Of a stretch of DNA of 40,016 nucleotides, positions 1-11,400 are shown one piece after another (position 1 is the stretch's first letter; each line of letters opens with the position of its first letter). The notes below the pieces were generated by a model. That model was not told where the DNA came from and did no database searches. It was given only the letters and a program-made list of their open reading frames with translations. The position numbers and the translations under genes are program-made. The stretch spans positions 40,152,487-40,192,502 of the forward strand of contig NW_026262734.1 in the NCBI RefSeq assembly GCF_021869535.1. The letters are read 5' to 3'. The stretch is from Mytilus californianus. Its lineage: Eukaryota.

Positions 1-30
1 GAAAATACTGTATCTCCTGTTTAACCATTT

Positions 31-51
31 ATGTGTGTTTGTGTGTGTGTG
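31..51. repeat. (GT)n-like dinucleotide microsatellite
   Basis: Direct reading: gtgtgtttgtgtgtgtgtg. Confidence 0.8.
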
Positions 52-447
52 AAAAAAACGAAAGACACTTAATTGTTAATGTTTTGTGTAATCACCTTTG
101 ATTTAAAATTAATACCTTAAAGGCTCGAACAACAGGCTAAAAAACGAAACATTATGTACCATTCATCAATTACATAATATTTAATTTGCATATATAATTA
201 ATATTTGTATGTGTATTTTGTAATTTGTTCTTATTTGTGCTTTTATCGTACATTACGAAGTCAGTTTGAATTATAGAAAAGAAAAACAATAGTCATTCTT
301 GTGTTGTTCCACAAATACCAAGGACAACTGATGAAAAGATATGGTGTGGTTCCCAACCACTTTCCCAACCACTGTAGCCACAATAGCGTCTTGCCATGCG
401 GCGTATTAATTATTTGAGGAAAATTATTAAAAAAAAAAAAAAAAACA

Positions 448-525
448 AACGTTGATTTACTTAAGTCAACTGTGCCACGATGTACTTTTTTTTCGCATAA
501 ATTTCATGTTATCGTGCCATCTTAC
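448..525 (+). repeat. Left copy of a ~75-bp direct repeat flanking the satellite-bearing block. It contains a near-palindrome gttgatttacttaagtcaac.
   Basis: aaacgttgatttacttaagtcaactgtgccacgatgtacttttttttcgcataaatttcatgtt aligns at about 80% with 1447-1522. Confidence 0.6.
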
Positions 526-649
526 TAAGTATTTGAGGAAATACTATAAATAATTCGTAAGGATTCCCAGTGTCTCGCCTACTTTTGCTGTTAATCGCAG
601 GCTCAACAAAAATGAGGAAAAAAATAAATAAAAATATTCCTCTCTATAC

Positions 650-1322
650 TATCTTTTGATTGTAAGTAGCTTCTTTCCAAGTTTGGTAAAAATCCAGGAT
701 AGTTTATGAATCTAATAAATGTTTTAAAAACTTAAACTGCAGACTGTATGTAATGTTAACTGGAAGAAAAACTAAGTCCATTTATAAGTAAAATACGGAA
801 AAAATGGAACAAAATTTTAACAAAATTTCCTTCTAGATACTAGCTTTTAATCATAAATAAGCTTCTGTCCAAGTTTGGTAGAAATCCAAGATAGTTTAAG
901 AAAGTTGTTAAAAATTTAAAAACTTTAACCACAGAGTGAATGTAATGTTAACTGGCAGAAAAACTAAGTCCATTTACAAGTAAAATACTGAAAAAATGAT
1001 TTTTTTTTACAAAATTTACTTCTGGATACTATCTTATGATCATAAACAAGCTTCTTTCCAAGTTTGGTAGAAATCCAGGATAGTTTAAGAAAGTTATTAA
1101 AATTTTAAAAAACTTTAACCACAGAGTGAATGTAATGTTTCCCGGCAGAAAAACTAAGTCCATTTATGAGTAAAATACGGAAAAAAATGGATTTTTTTTT
1201 ACAAAATTTACTTTTGAATATTATCTTATGATCATAAACAAGCTTCTGTCCAAGTTTGGTAGAAATCCAGGATAGTTTAAGAAAGTTATTAAAATTTCAA
1301 AAAAACTTTAACCACAGAGTGA
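650..1322. repeat. Tandem satellite array, unit about 183 bp, about 3.7 copies
   Basis: Blocks such as ...cttctttccaagtttggtaaaaatccaggatagttta...aactaagtccatttataagtaaaatacgg... recur head-to-tail. Copies start near 650, 833, 1016 and 1201, with the last truncated. Copies differ by a few substitutions. Confidence 0.85.
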
Positions 1323-1324
1323 AT

Positions 1325-1382
1325 ATTTGTGGACGCCGCCGCCGACGACAACGACGACGACGACAACGACGCCGACGACGGA
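1325..1382. repeat. GC-rich imperfect trinucleotide microsatellite (GAC/GCC)n
   Basis: gacgccgccgccgacgacaacgacgacgacgacaacgacgccgacgacgg. This explains the poly-Arg and poly-Thr artefact ORFs 1256-1465 and 1327-1530. Confidence 0.85.
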
Positions 1383-1446
1383 ATGTAGGATCGCTATGTC
1401 TCGCTTTTTCGACAAAAGTCGAAGGCTCGACAAAAAGATCACGTAT

Positions 1447-1522
1447 CGATGGGATAAAACGTTGACTTACTCATGTCAACTTTACAAGAATGTACTTTTT
1501 TCCCTCATAAATCACATGTTCA
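1447..1522 (+). repeat. Right copy of the ~75-bp direct repeat (partner of 448-525)
   Basis: aaacgttgacttactcatgtcaactttacaagaatgtacttttttccctcataaatcacatgtt. Confidence 0.6.
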
Positions 1523-2339
1523 AACTGTAAGTTATTTATATTCAAACGATCAGTGTAAATCTAGAGACAAAAACTTTCATTCAAAGATTTATTTGATAGA
1601 ATAAAGAGAAACACCTGTGTGATTGTCTTGATTCATCATCCTAAAACAAAACCACACCTCTGGCAATGACCTCCGTCTATATCAGTACGCTATTAATTAT
1701 TAGGTCAATACACACCATTGCGAGGCATTTTTTTATTTCATGCTATATTTAAACCGGTAGTTCGCAGTCACCATACCTAAACATGACATTATTAATAGTT
1801 CTACTGGTCACTAAGATGGTCAGCACAAAGACATTTTTGGGGTAAAATGACGTCCTTAAAATAAAAGCTTTTGTATATAAAGGTCTTTGCTGGAAGAAGA
1901 AATAAATTAAAAAAAAAATACCCAGATAACAATTATATGTGCTGACGAATTTAATATATCTTACAGATATTATTTAACGAAACTGTCTTAAGCATTAAAT
2001 GTGTACATTTTTTAATTTCAGAAGTATGCAGGGACTATTTTTATCTGTTTGTATTGTCATATCATCGTATCTACACACATGTATATCACTAAGAATGAGT
2101 AAGTATTTCTTTTATAAATTCCTTTCATAAAACATTCTATCTGCATAATATGACGGTGAGCAAGACCTTCGTGAATAATAAATAGTAAAAACATTTTTTT
2201 TTTAAATCGGCACAATAAATCTGAAAAAAACATCATTTATGATTTTGGTCATACTAATATGCTTGCCGTTTTGTTCATTAATGTATTTGATGTAGATTAA
2301 TGAATTTGGGTGGTTCCTGTTAAATTTATTCACTTCACA

Positions 2340-3335
2340 AAACTCTTGTCGATTCAGAGTTCGACATATGATATTGATCGGTGGTTTGCTTTTGCGTCAA
2401 TTGGCAATTCAATTGCGCCACAAACTATGATATTTTATTTGCGCCATAATAAACATTTCATTTGCGCCAAAAATACAGGTAAAAAGTATAAATAAATAAT
2501 AGATATAATTTATATTGAACAGAGACTCATAATAATAATGCAGTTACAGCATAGCTCTGTTAGCATAATACTATTTCTTTATTATCATATAGCAGTTTAA
2601 GTAAGCATAAAACTTGTGACAAATACAAATGAAAAAAAAACCTGATTTGGAAGCATACGTATAATACCGGTATACGAGGGTCTTGATGGGGGTCCTTTTT
2701 TCTGTATTCTTTAATTTTTTAGGTAATTTTTTTGCCCATTATTTTCTATTCTTTATATTTTAGCACCCAGTGTATTCTCTATTCTTTATTTTTTTGCCCT
2801 ATTTTTCTCTATTCTTTACTTTTTTGGCCATTTATTCTGCACATTTTGCCAATTATTCACTATTCTGTAAACCCCATCCAGACCCTCATCAACTTTTGAG
2901 GTTTGCTGTCCGCATCTGTTGTAATTTTAGCTATGCAACTTTTTAGCGTACATCTATACGACTTGCCCCCGGTTTTCAATACATTAGATATCCTATATGT
3001 GTGGTCACTACACAAAACATAACTGTGTCACCTCTTTGGCTCCGAATGAATTACTAATATGTCCATCTTAAAATAAGCTCACTAGCGTACCTGATACTCT
3101 ACAAAATTTCTTATTCCGGATACAGCATTTTAAAACGTTGCTGTTATATTTTATCGGTAAATTGGCACATACGTAGCATTTATTTATGGCGCAAATGAAG
3201 TATAACTTCGTGGCGCAAATGAAATGTAACATCTTGGCGCAAATGAAATACTGCATTTTCAAACTTGGCACAAATGCAATGCACCCGATATTAACACTTG
3301 TCAAATATTGTAGATCGTATGTCGACCTGTAAAAT
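2340..3335. mobile_element. Non-autonomous element of about 1 kb. It has long sub-terminal inverted repeats built from tcatttgcgcca subrepeats, and an outer inverted pair gttcgacatatgat / atcgtatgtcgac.
   Basis: Left arm 2355-2500 carries ttgcgccacaaac...tttgcgccataat...tcatttgcgccaaaa. Right arm 3176-3330 is its reverse complement: ggcgcaaatgaag...ggcgcaaatgaaatg...ggcgcaaatgaaat. No ORF lies inside. Confidence 0.6.
2672..2900. mobile_element. MITE-like element nested inside the 2340-3335 element. TIR gagggtcttgatggggg / ccccatccagaccctc, with internal (tattcttta)n-like microsatellite.
   Basis: The inverted termini are read directly. A second copy at 4512-4797 sits in the opposite internal orientation. 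Confidence 0.65.
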
Positions 3336-3399
3336 ACTTTGCAAAATCGATATCAACCAACATGCAAGTGTTAACGTAAGATACTTATAGGTGTCAGGG

Positions 3400-3520
3400 C
3401 TGATATGTATTAAACTACTTAAGTTAAGATTTATTCTGAACGGACGGATTTTTCTGCATGTCCTAAGATAAATTAGTACTTCGATTGGATATCTTAACTT
3501 TAGTGGGTTTATGCATATCA
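3400..3520. repeat. Partial copy related to the 3727-4237 MITE (gtcctaagat / tagtgggtttat motifs)
   Basis: Shared motifs gtcctaagataaatt and ttagtgggtttatgcat match 3771-3812. Confidence 0.35.
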
Positions 3521-3726
3521 GCACTGAACATCAATTCAACAACTTCAAAAGTAGTCCTTCCCTGACAAAAATAGTGATTTTGATGTCATTGTTTACTTTA
3601 ATAAACTAAAAAACAAATTTGCAGAAATGAAACTTTTGGTAAAAGAGAAATATATAATTGTCCACGAGTTTGCATTTAAATTGAAGATTAATGCGCTCCG
3701 TAGTATACTTATTTCAGATTTCCAGA

Positions 3727-4237
3727 AAACCAGGGGCCTGTTTATCGAAGCGCTCTTAGAACTAGGACATGTCCTAAGATCATCTTAGGACGGACGTATC
3801 TTATAGTGGGTTTATCAAACATGTCGTAACATAGGAATCGTCCTAACTTTAGGACACCTATTTAAGTGTCTTAGGATGGTCTTAGGATGGTCTTAGGATG
3901 GTCCTAACTTCCTTAAGTTTGAATGTTCAACTATAAGATAAATGTTATCTTTTAATTTTATAAGAATGATAATACTAATGGTAGTATATTTCTAATTTTG
4001 GATCTTATAGTTATTTACTTCTGGTGAAATTCGATGCATTCTTAAACATTTTAAATTTTTTAAATCCTATTTTTCTTTAAGCTTACTCTTAGGAGAGCGG
4101 TTAGGACATCCTAGCTAAGATTGTCCTAAGATGGCTTCGATGTGCATGCTGAGACATGTCGTAAGTCGTCCTGACATATTCCTAAGATAGGTCTTAGGAC
4201 AGATCATAGAACAGCTTCTATAAACAGGCCCATGGTT
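3727..4237. mobile_element. MITE of about 510 bp. TIR aaaccaggggcctgtttatcgaag / cttctataaacaggcccatggttt, with internal (gtcttaggatg)3 and many cctaagat motifs.
   Basis: Terminal inverted repeats of about 24 bp were read on both ends. The element has no coding capacity. Confidence 0.7.
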
Positions 4238-4511
4238 TCTATGAGGTTAAACTTATGGTAGAATATTTAGAAAGCTGTGAAAATTGCAAAATTTGGTTGA
4301 ATAGATAGGGAATTTGAATTGGTGGTCTGACACCGCACATTTGTGGATATATTCTGCGACGCGTTACTGTTTACGCATGGCAAGTTTTGACATCAAACAT
4401 TTTATCTATTGATCATATTTTGAGTTTCCTTATCATTAGTACTTAAAATAACGTATGATGTTTTCCATTTGTGTAAATTTACTTTATTATTACAACTGTA
4501 GAAGGGTTGTC

Positions 4512-4797
4512 TTCATATGAAGGTCTGGATGGGGTTAACGGAATAGAGAATAATGGACAAAACGTACAGAACATAGGGCAAGAAAATAAGGAATAGAGAA
4601 AAAAGGGGAAAAAATAGAAAAATAGAAGAAAAAAATTAAGAAACAGAAAAATAGGGGAATATAAAGAATAGAAAAATCAGGGAAAACAAGAATAGAGAAC
4701 AATGGGGCGCTTAAATATAATATAAAGAATAGAAAATAAAAGGCAAAATAAACAAAGAATAGAGAAGTGATGGACCCCATCCAGATCCTCTCATATG
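4512..4797. mobile_element. Second copy of the MITE family seen at 2672-2900. TIR catatgaaggtctggatgggg / ccccatccagatcctctcatatg, with internal (aatagagaa)n.
   Basis: The same termini flank a purine-rich microsatellite. This explains the low-complexity ORF 4535-4822. Confidence 0.7.
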
Positions 4798-5311
4798 ATA
4801 CAGCAGCATGACGGTTTGTCATTTTGTTACTGCTTTACTTAACCTCTTATGGCAACATGAAAAACGGTGATACCATTCGAATTAAAATGTTCAAATTATT
4901 CAATCTTATGCTTAGTTTGTATGTAGTATACATTTGCTTGTAGACACTGCAAATACTATCAATGTCTAACTTATAACGTTGTACAGCAATTAAATACACT
5001 TGGTTTTAAGATATACAGCAATACTGACATACAGTGCTTAGACTGGATATTTAACAATGCATTTTATAGCCAAGTAAATACAGCACAAATTCCTGAATTT
5101 ATGTCACATATTATATAACAGTCTATCATATATCTGAAATATGGGCTCTGTCAATTTTAGTTTATAAAACATGTTCTGAATTTTCTGAATTTTCTGATTG
5201 TTATTTTTCGAAGGGCATATAAGTAAACCATCCGTCAACTATATTTATTTAAAGTCAGTAAGTCAGTAACACATTTTACTGGTAAAATATTTAACTACCT
5301 TTAAACACATA

Positions 5312-5596
5312 TTAAGGTGGTACATAACACTACAGGGAGATAACTCTGTAAAAATTCAGCTGCACGTTTTAATTACGTTCTATTGTTTAGGAAATATTAA
5401 GCTTCTCAATAATCAAAATCAATGTTTTTCAAACTGCTATATATCCAATGAAATTTTCCCGATAAAGTGTGTGTGGTGCAAGTTTTTTGAAATTTCTATA
5501 TTTTTTTCAAAGGGTCAAAGTAAGTATTTTGTCAAAATTTTATGAAAATTAAACGAGCCAAATTGATTTTAGTCAAGGTGTTTGGTACCACCTTAA
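5312..5596 (+). mobile_element. MITE of about 285 bp flanked by TTAA. TIR ttaaGGTGGTAC...GTACCACCttaa. Possibly piggyBac-type because of TTAA target-site usage.
   Basis: Near-identical second copy at 8057-8334, with about 90% identity across the full length. Confidence 0.75.
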
Positions 5597-7150
5597 AAGT
5601 GCTAAGTAATTTGGGAAATAGCAACGTCTAATAAACAATAGCAATGTATTTCAAAATTACAGATTAAGTGAACAAATCAGCAAGAACAGGAATACATAGA
5701 AATGTTTGGAAAACAGATAAAAAGTTGTGAAGACAACTAAACTGATTGATCGGATCAAAGATCTACTTTTAATACCCCCCTAAACAAACCAACAAAACAT
5801 AATAAAAAAAATTAAGATATGGCATACGATAATAACGGACAAGATTTTGATTTCTAAACATTTTGTTTTTTTCTGAGACAATTTTTTATTTTTATTTGTG
5901 GAAAAGTGAAAAAAAAAAAAACCACACCGTGAAATTTCTCTTGAATTTATATCACAGAAGTTCCATTTTCCACATTTTCCACAAGTCTTCCAGATTTCCA
6001 AAAAAAAATAAAGTATCATAACTTATATGTGGATTTTCTGATTCTGTTAATATAATGGAGTATTTCTAAACATGTAACCCTAAAACCTTTCATATAGAAT
6101 TTTGTCAATTTAGAGTCATTATTAAAAAAAAATGTGAATAAAAAGGAACTTTCCTAACCAAAACGAAAACCTTTTCGGAAGCAAAGCTATATGTATTTTT
6201 TTTCAGATACATATCAATTTATGCATTTTACAAAAACATGTAATATTTACGACATTGTATAAAAACTGTATTCAGCAGAGATGTATTGCCCTAAATAACC
6301 ATTTTATTCAATGGATATATGCAAAAATGGTCATTGAAAATCTGTTATTTATTATAATACTAATGGACTCTCTAATATTCGAATTACAGTAGGTTTTGAA
6401 AACTTTCTGATTTTCATCCCTCGAGTGAAACAAATATAGGAGAAATTCGACTTACAAATGTAACTATTCCGAGAGTTATTATGGTCCAGTTATTCAGGAA
6501 CTTGTTACACAGTAGATATAGTTAATGCGCATGTCACGTGAAAGAGATTGTTTTTGATATATACATGTATTAGCCAATACAGAAGTACTCCTAATGTTTG
6601 AAAAACGTCATTGTTTTATGGTATTGTTGTACCTGAAAGGAGTTGCTACTGACATATGTATGCAATAACATTAGCGTATATACAACTTGATTATTTGGCT
6701 TATTCTCTTTAGTTCTAACTGTCTATCCTTTTTTGTCTTCATTTGCGCCGGAGACTGTTTGCACACCAGTAACACGCCCAAGTGCAAGCTTAACTTTAAT
6801 TGCTTAGATGCTTTCTAGTTTTTGTTGCATTATACTCGACAAACGCTCCTATGTAAAACGTTCATGTAACGCTTCCAGAACTAATTCGCCTAATGCTTAT
6901 TTGTAAATAATGGCAATTGCTTGCAAAGATTGTAAATTCAGAAATGATTACGCGCATTCATAATCGCGATTCTGGCTTAACAGACAAGGATCGGTATTAA
7001 GCAATCATAGAAACTCGATCGCAAAAAATTCTGAATTTGCAGTAGAAAAATGATGGCAACAGCTTTGCTTGATTCGCAGCTTCTTAACACAACTAAATAA
7101 AAAAAATCGAAGTCACTTCCAGCACAAAACAAAATGTGTACTTTTTACAG

Positions 7151-7303
7151 GAAGTTGTGTATTACGGCCTGTACAAGGGGATACAACAAAATACAAAGTT
7201 TATTTAACCTCATCACGTGCTTCCGGTGAATTTAGATGCGCTGATGGAACACATTTTAATCAGAAAAAATGTTTATGTGTGTGGCCACCAAGAAATAAAA
7301 CAG
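7151..7303 (+). CDS. Plus-gene exon E0 (phase 1-1), a cysteine-rich peritrophin-A-like half domain: SCVLRPVQGDTTKYKVYLTSSRASGEFRCADGTHFNQKKCLCVWPPRNKT
   Basis: Acceptor ctttttacag|ga and donor acag|gtgatat. The frame is open. The exon aligns with minus-gene exon 32959-33198 (PCVINKWTNGTTYPV...KCLHTTDG...QACQC). Confidence 0.55.
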
Positions 7304-7844
7304 GTGATATATTATATTAAGTAATAAAGAAAAAGAGCGAAAAAAGGCAAAAAACTTTGACATACGTGAATTTTATGTTTTACCTCCAACGTGATCGGAT
7401 ATGTACAGATTTGAACACATACAAATAAAACAGCTGATATTATTTAAAGTCATAAAAATGAGAGCGAAAAAATCTCAAAAACTCACCATACATTAATTGA
7501 AAGTTTTACCACTATCTGACGTGATCGGAATTACAGATTCGTATAAGATTGTCTCTTCGAAACCTCCTTCAATCTTTCTACTCTGTCTACTCAATTGCTT
7601 TTTGTCCTTCTCTTTAATACTGATCTCTCCTGCTTTGAGCTTATTTCCCCAACTTAAAAAAATGAGAAAAAAGAAACGATGGACTGGAAAGGGAACGTGC
7701 TTAACACAATATGTTGATTTATGTGATTGTTAGGCATCCTGCTTTGGAAATGTTCAACTGCAAAAAAGACAAAATGTGTTTAACAACAATTCAAAATTAG
7801 GTTTGCCAGATATTTTATGTGATCTGTCTTATTTATCTTTTGAG

Positions 7845-8024
7845 CTACAGCCACTTTTCCAACAAGACCTAGACCAACCACCGAACCTATCAATAGACCA
7901 ATTAATACAAGACCGTTGGACCCAATCAGACCAATTAATACAAAACCGTTGGACCCAATCAGACCATTACTTCCTGGAGAACAGAAACCTGGATATCGAC
8001 CATTTGAATCTACAACAATAGGGC
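7845..8024 (+). CDS. Plus-gene exon E1 (phase 1-1), a Pro/Thr-rich linker with an internal 33-bp tandem repeat: ...TRPRPTTEPINRPINTRPLDPIRPINTKPLDPIRPLLPGEQKPGYRPFESTTIG
   Basis: Acceptor ttttgag|ct, or alternatively ctacag. Strong donor gggc|gtaagt. The frame is open and joins E0 and E2 in phase. Confidence 0.6.
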
Positions 8025-8056
8025 GTAAGTTGCTGTTTCATAGATATTTTCGCTGC

Positions 8057-8334
8057 TTAAGGTGGTACATAACATTACATGGAGATAACTCTGTAAAAAT
8101 CAGCTGAACGTTTTAATCACGTTCTATTGAGCTTCTCAATGATCAACATTAATGTTGGTCAAACTGCTATATATCCAATGAAATTTTTCCGAAAAAGTGT
8201 GTGGTTCAAGTTTTTTGAAATTTTAATATTTTTGTCAAAGGGTCAAAGTGAATATTTTTTCATAATTTTACGAAAATTAAACGAGCCAAATTAATTTTAG
8301 TCAAGGTGTTTGGTACCACCTTAATTCAACTAAA
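8057..8334 (+). mobile_element. Second copy of the TTAA-flanked MITE. It is inserted about 33 bp downstream of the E1 donor.
   Basis: cgctgcTTAAggtggtacataacattacat...ggtaccaccTTAAttcaac. Confidence 0.75.
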
Positions 8335-9965
8335 AGTTACAGTAGAATCACGTTTATTGTAATTGAGTAAAAGTTGAACCTTTGTAGGTTATACTGTGTA
8401 GTTGTTCGTACTGTTTCCTTACTTTTCATCATTTATACGCATTGGGTAAAAATGAACAAAAACTTATATTAAGTTTAAATGTCAAGAGCTTTTAACTAAC
8501 TTCGTGTAGTTTTGATACTTGTAACCACAATTTTAGATTTCTCTTAAACCATAACAAACAAGAACACTATCTTTATTTATCCATTTTGACGCCAAAGAGA
8601 TTCTGAAGATCAATTGCAGTTATAATAACTGTGTACAAAGATGACGATGCTTTTGTTGATTGGTGTATATAGTAAACCAAAACTATACAAAAAGGGAAGA
8701 TAACTCAACCAGTGTATTCCAAAAAGAAAATGAGCGAAACGTTCAAATACATTATCAAATTATGTTTGATTGCGTTTTTTTTTAAGTTTACCACCCACCG
8801 TTTCATTCATAGGAAAAAAACCACAGAGTTAACAATTGTATTTCATGCATAAACGAAAAAGTATACGATAAAAGTACATAAACTAGATAAATATTGGAAA
8901 TTATTTTTTTTGCAGATAGAAACGTGCATGTACAATAATAAATGTCAGGAAAATGAGTATATTCATCTAATAGCAGAATATTAGTCTTATGATCAGTATT
9001 TGGTTTCCTTGGAAAATGTGCATTTTCCAAAAAAGAAATGGTATTACGTCTTAGCTTGCTAATTATAGTCATTGCTAAGAAATATGCAGGCTAACAAATA
9101 ATACATTAAACAACCTGTGTCGCTCACATGGATCTATGTGGGTTTTTAACTTTGAAGATTAAAATATTATTTTGACTAAGGTCTCTTTTTGTCGTTCTTG
9201 CATTGCCGATAACTTTTCTGTTTTTAGTTTCTCTCTATCTTTAATAGTTTTTGCTATAAAGCACCTCCCAAAAATGGGTAAAATTGTCATAAAAGGGCAA
9301 TAAGACCTAAACGTAATCAACTGTGTGCAGTGTTGATTAATTTGTAGATCTCGTCTGATGAAGAACAAATATGGTAAAATAGTTTTTTTTTAGCTAAAAT
9401 AACTTATATAAGAAGTCGACCACCTACATCAAAGTTGACGTAGATTTTTTCCTGCTGTCAGATTTTATTTGGAGTTTCTTTTTATTTATTATAGTTTTCA
9501 ACATGAACGCAAAAACGGATTGTATGTAGATGATATCAACATTTGACCAATCGCCCCTGTCATATTTCCCTATCTAAGGCGGTTTTCAAGATAATAGACA
9601 CAATTGTTTCACCACTTTGTTTTATCTTTAGCTATGTTGGTTGACAAGGGGGATCACCGGACACATTTTAAAAATTATATACTAGTACTAAAATGATGAT
9701 TTTGGCCAAGTTGGTTCCATTTGGCCCTGTAGTTTCAGAGGAAAAGATTTTTGTAAAAGTGAACGAATGACGACTGGCAATGCAAGAAATAAATAACGAC
9801 ACGTTATGAAATAGTTAATTTGACCCTTTGGGCATGCATATAAATAATGTGGCCGGATTAAACATGTTTGTGAGCGCTCGCCAAACCTCTTTCCCCTTAC
9901 CTTGAACATTGTTGAAACGAAAAAAGAGATAGCTTTAGATTTATGTAGCATATTTATTTTTTCAG

Positions 9966-10112
9966 CTTGTTTTACGTCACCAGACGCCGACAGAAACTAT
10001 TTCTCACAATATATCCATGGTTACGGTACAGTAAGACGACGTTGTCCAATTGGTACCCTTTACAATGACCGAGAATGTGGCTGTATTGATTTAGCACCTG
10101 TAACAAGTATTT
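9966..10112 (+). CDS. Plus-gene exon E2 (phase 1-1), a cysteine module: CFTSPDADRNYFSQYIHGYGTVRRRCPIGTLYNDRECGCIDLAPVTSI
   Basis: Acceptor ttttttcag|ct and donor atttg|gtaagtaa... precisely ...att t|gtaagt. The exon is homologous to minus-gene exon 32474-32650, which carries CPMGQIFKPEICNCGWG. Confidence 0.65.
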
Positions 10113-10485
10113 GTAAGTAATTAGGAGTTGTAATACACATACATGTAGTGTGTACAACCAAAGAGATTATGTAATTGATATTTTTTGACTGAGTAAATTA
10201 GCATGGCGGGTGATACATGCATAGCAGGAGACGCTAACCTTTTCGACGCACCCAGTCTTACTTCTTTAGGAATTACTGTGGATTCATTTATAATCGTGGG
10301 TACCAATTTTGGTAGACAGAGGAAAACTTATGTTTTCGTGGATATTTATTTTTCGTGGTTTTGCCAAAGTCTACACACAAACCTTTAGAAAATGGAAAAA
10401 CACTTCTTTGAATACTAAATTCGTGATTTACCTGTAACCACGAAATCCATGGAAATTGGTATCCCACGAATGATAATAAATCCAC

Positions 10486-10705
10486 AGTACTGTAAACCAA
10501 CTAATTTTTGCGAGCGATTTATTTTCGCGACTTTCGCGAGTAGAAAATTAACGCGAATATAAATCATCGCGAAGATGTAAAACTTTATCATTTAATTACA
10601 TCAAATGAATTTGAAAATCGCGAAATCAAATCGCCGCAAAGTGGGCTAGAAAGGGCTTTACGCGAAATAAAGTATCCGCGAAAATAAGTTGGTTTACAGT
10701 ATATG
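10486..10705. mobile_element. MITE of about 220 bp with TIR tactgtaaaccaact. Its CpG-rich interior is full of cgcgaaa repeats.
   Basis: Left end ...agtactgtaaaccaactaattttt. Right end aagttggtttacagtat. Confidence 0.55.
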
Positions 10706-10794
10706 GGATTCCCTCAGGTTTTGTTTGTTACCTTAATTTGTCTCTTCTTAATCGATTTACGAGATATGATCATCGGTAGACTACTGACGCTTCA

Positions 10795-11400
10795 ATCTAT
10801 CCAGATTGTTATTTAAGGTACACCAATGCTCCTTGTATTGATGCCATTCGCTTTAATCCATCCAGATAGTTATTTAAGGTACACCAATGCTCCTTGTATT
10901 TATGCCATTCGCTTTAATCTATCCAGATTGTTATTTAAGGTACACCAATGCTCCTTGTATTGATACCATTCGCTTTAATCTATCCAGATTGTTATTTAAG
11001 GTACACCAATGCTCCTTGTATTGATGCCATTCGCTTTAATATATCCAGATTGTTATTTAAGGTACACCAATGCTCCTTGTATTGATGCCATTCGCTTTAA
11101 TCTATCCAGATTGTTATTTAAGGTACACCAATGCTCCTTGTATTGATACCATTCGCTTTAATCTATCCAGATTGTTATTTAAGGTACACCAATGCTCCTT
11201 GTAGTGATGCCATTCGCTTTAATCCATCCAGATAGTTATTTAAGTTACACCAATGCTCCTTGTATTGATGCCATTCGCTTTAATCTATCCATATTGTTAT
11301 TTAAGGTACACCAATGCTCCTTGTATTGGTGCCATTCGCTTTAATCTATCCAGAATGTTATTCAAGGTACACTAATGCTCCTTGTATTGATGCCATTCGT
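10795..11400. repeat. Minisatellite with a 61-bp unit and about 10 copies
   Basis: atccagattgttatttaaggtacaccaatgctccttgtattgatgccattcgctttaatct repeats head-to-tail with sparse point variants. Confidence 0.9.

Noticed and set aside
650-1322. CRISPR array hypothesis for the 183-bp and 61-bp tandem arrays
   Set aside because: The units abut directly with no unique spacers. The context is eukaryotic and intronic, and the sequences behave as a satellite and a minisatellite.
1256-1530. ORFs 1256-1465 and 1327-1530 encoding poly-Arg and poly-Thr runs
   Set aside because: They are a translation artefact of the (GAC/GCC)n microsatellite. They overlap each other in two frames, with no splice sites or domain content.
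4535-4822. 95-aa minus ORF rich in F, L and Y
   Set aside because: It is a read-through of the (aatagagaa)n interior of the 4512-4797 MITE.
6700-6800. Possible upstream Cys exon of the plus gene (ttcatttgcgccggagactgtttgcacacc...)
   Set aside because: It has no acceptor or donor in phase, stops in all frames within 30 codons, and a resemblance limited to two Cys codons.
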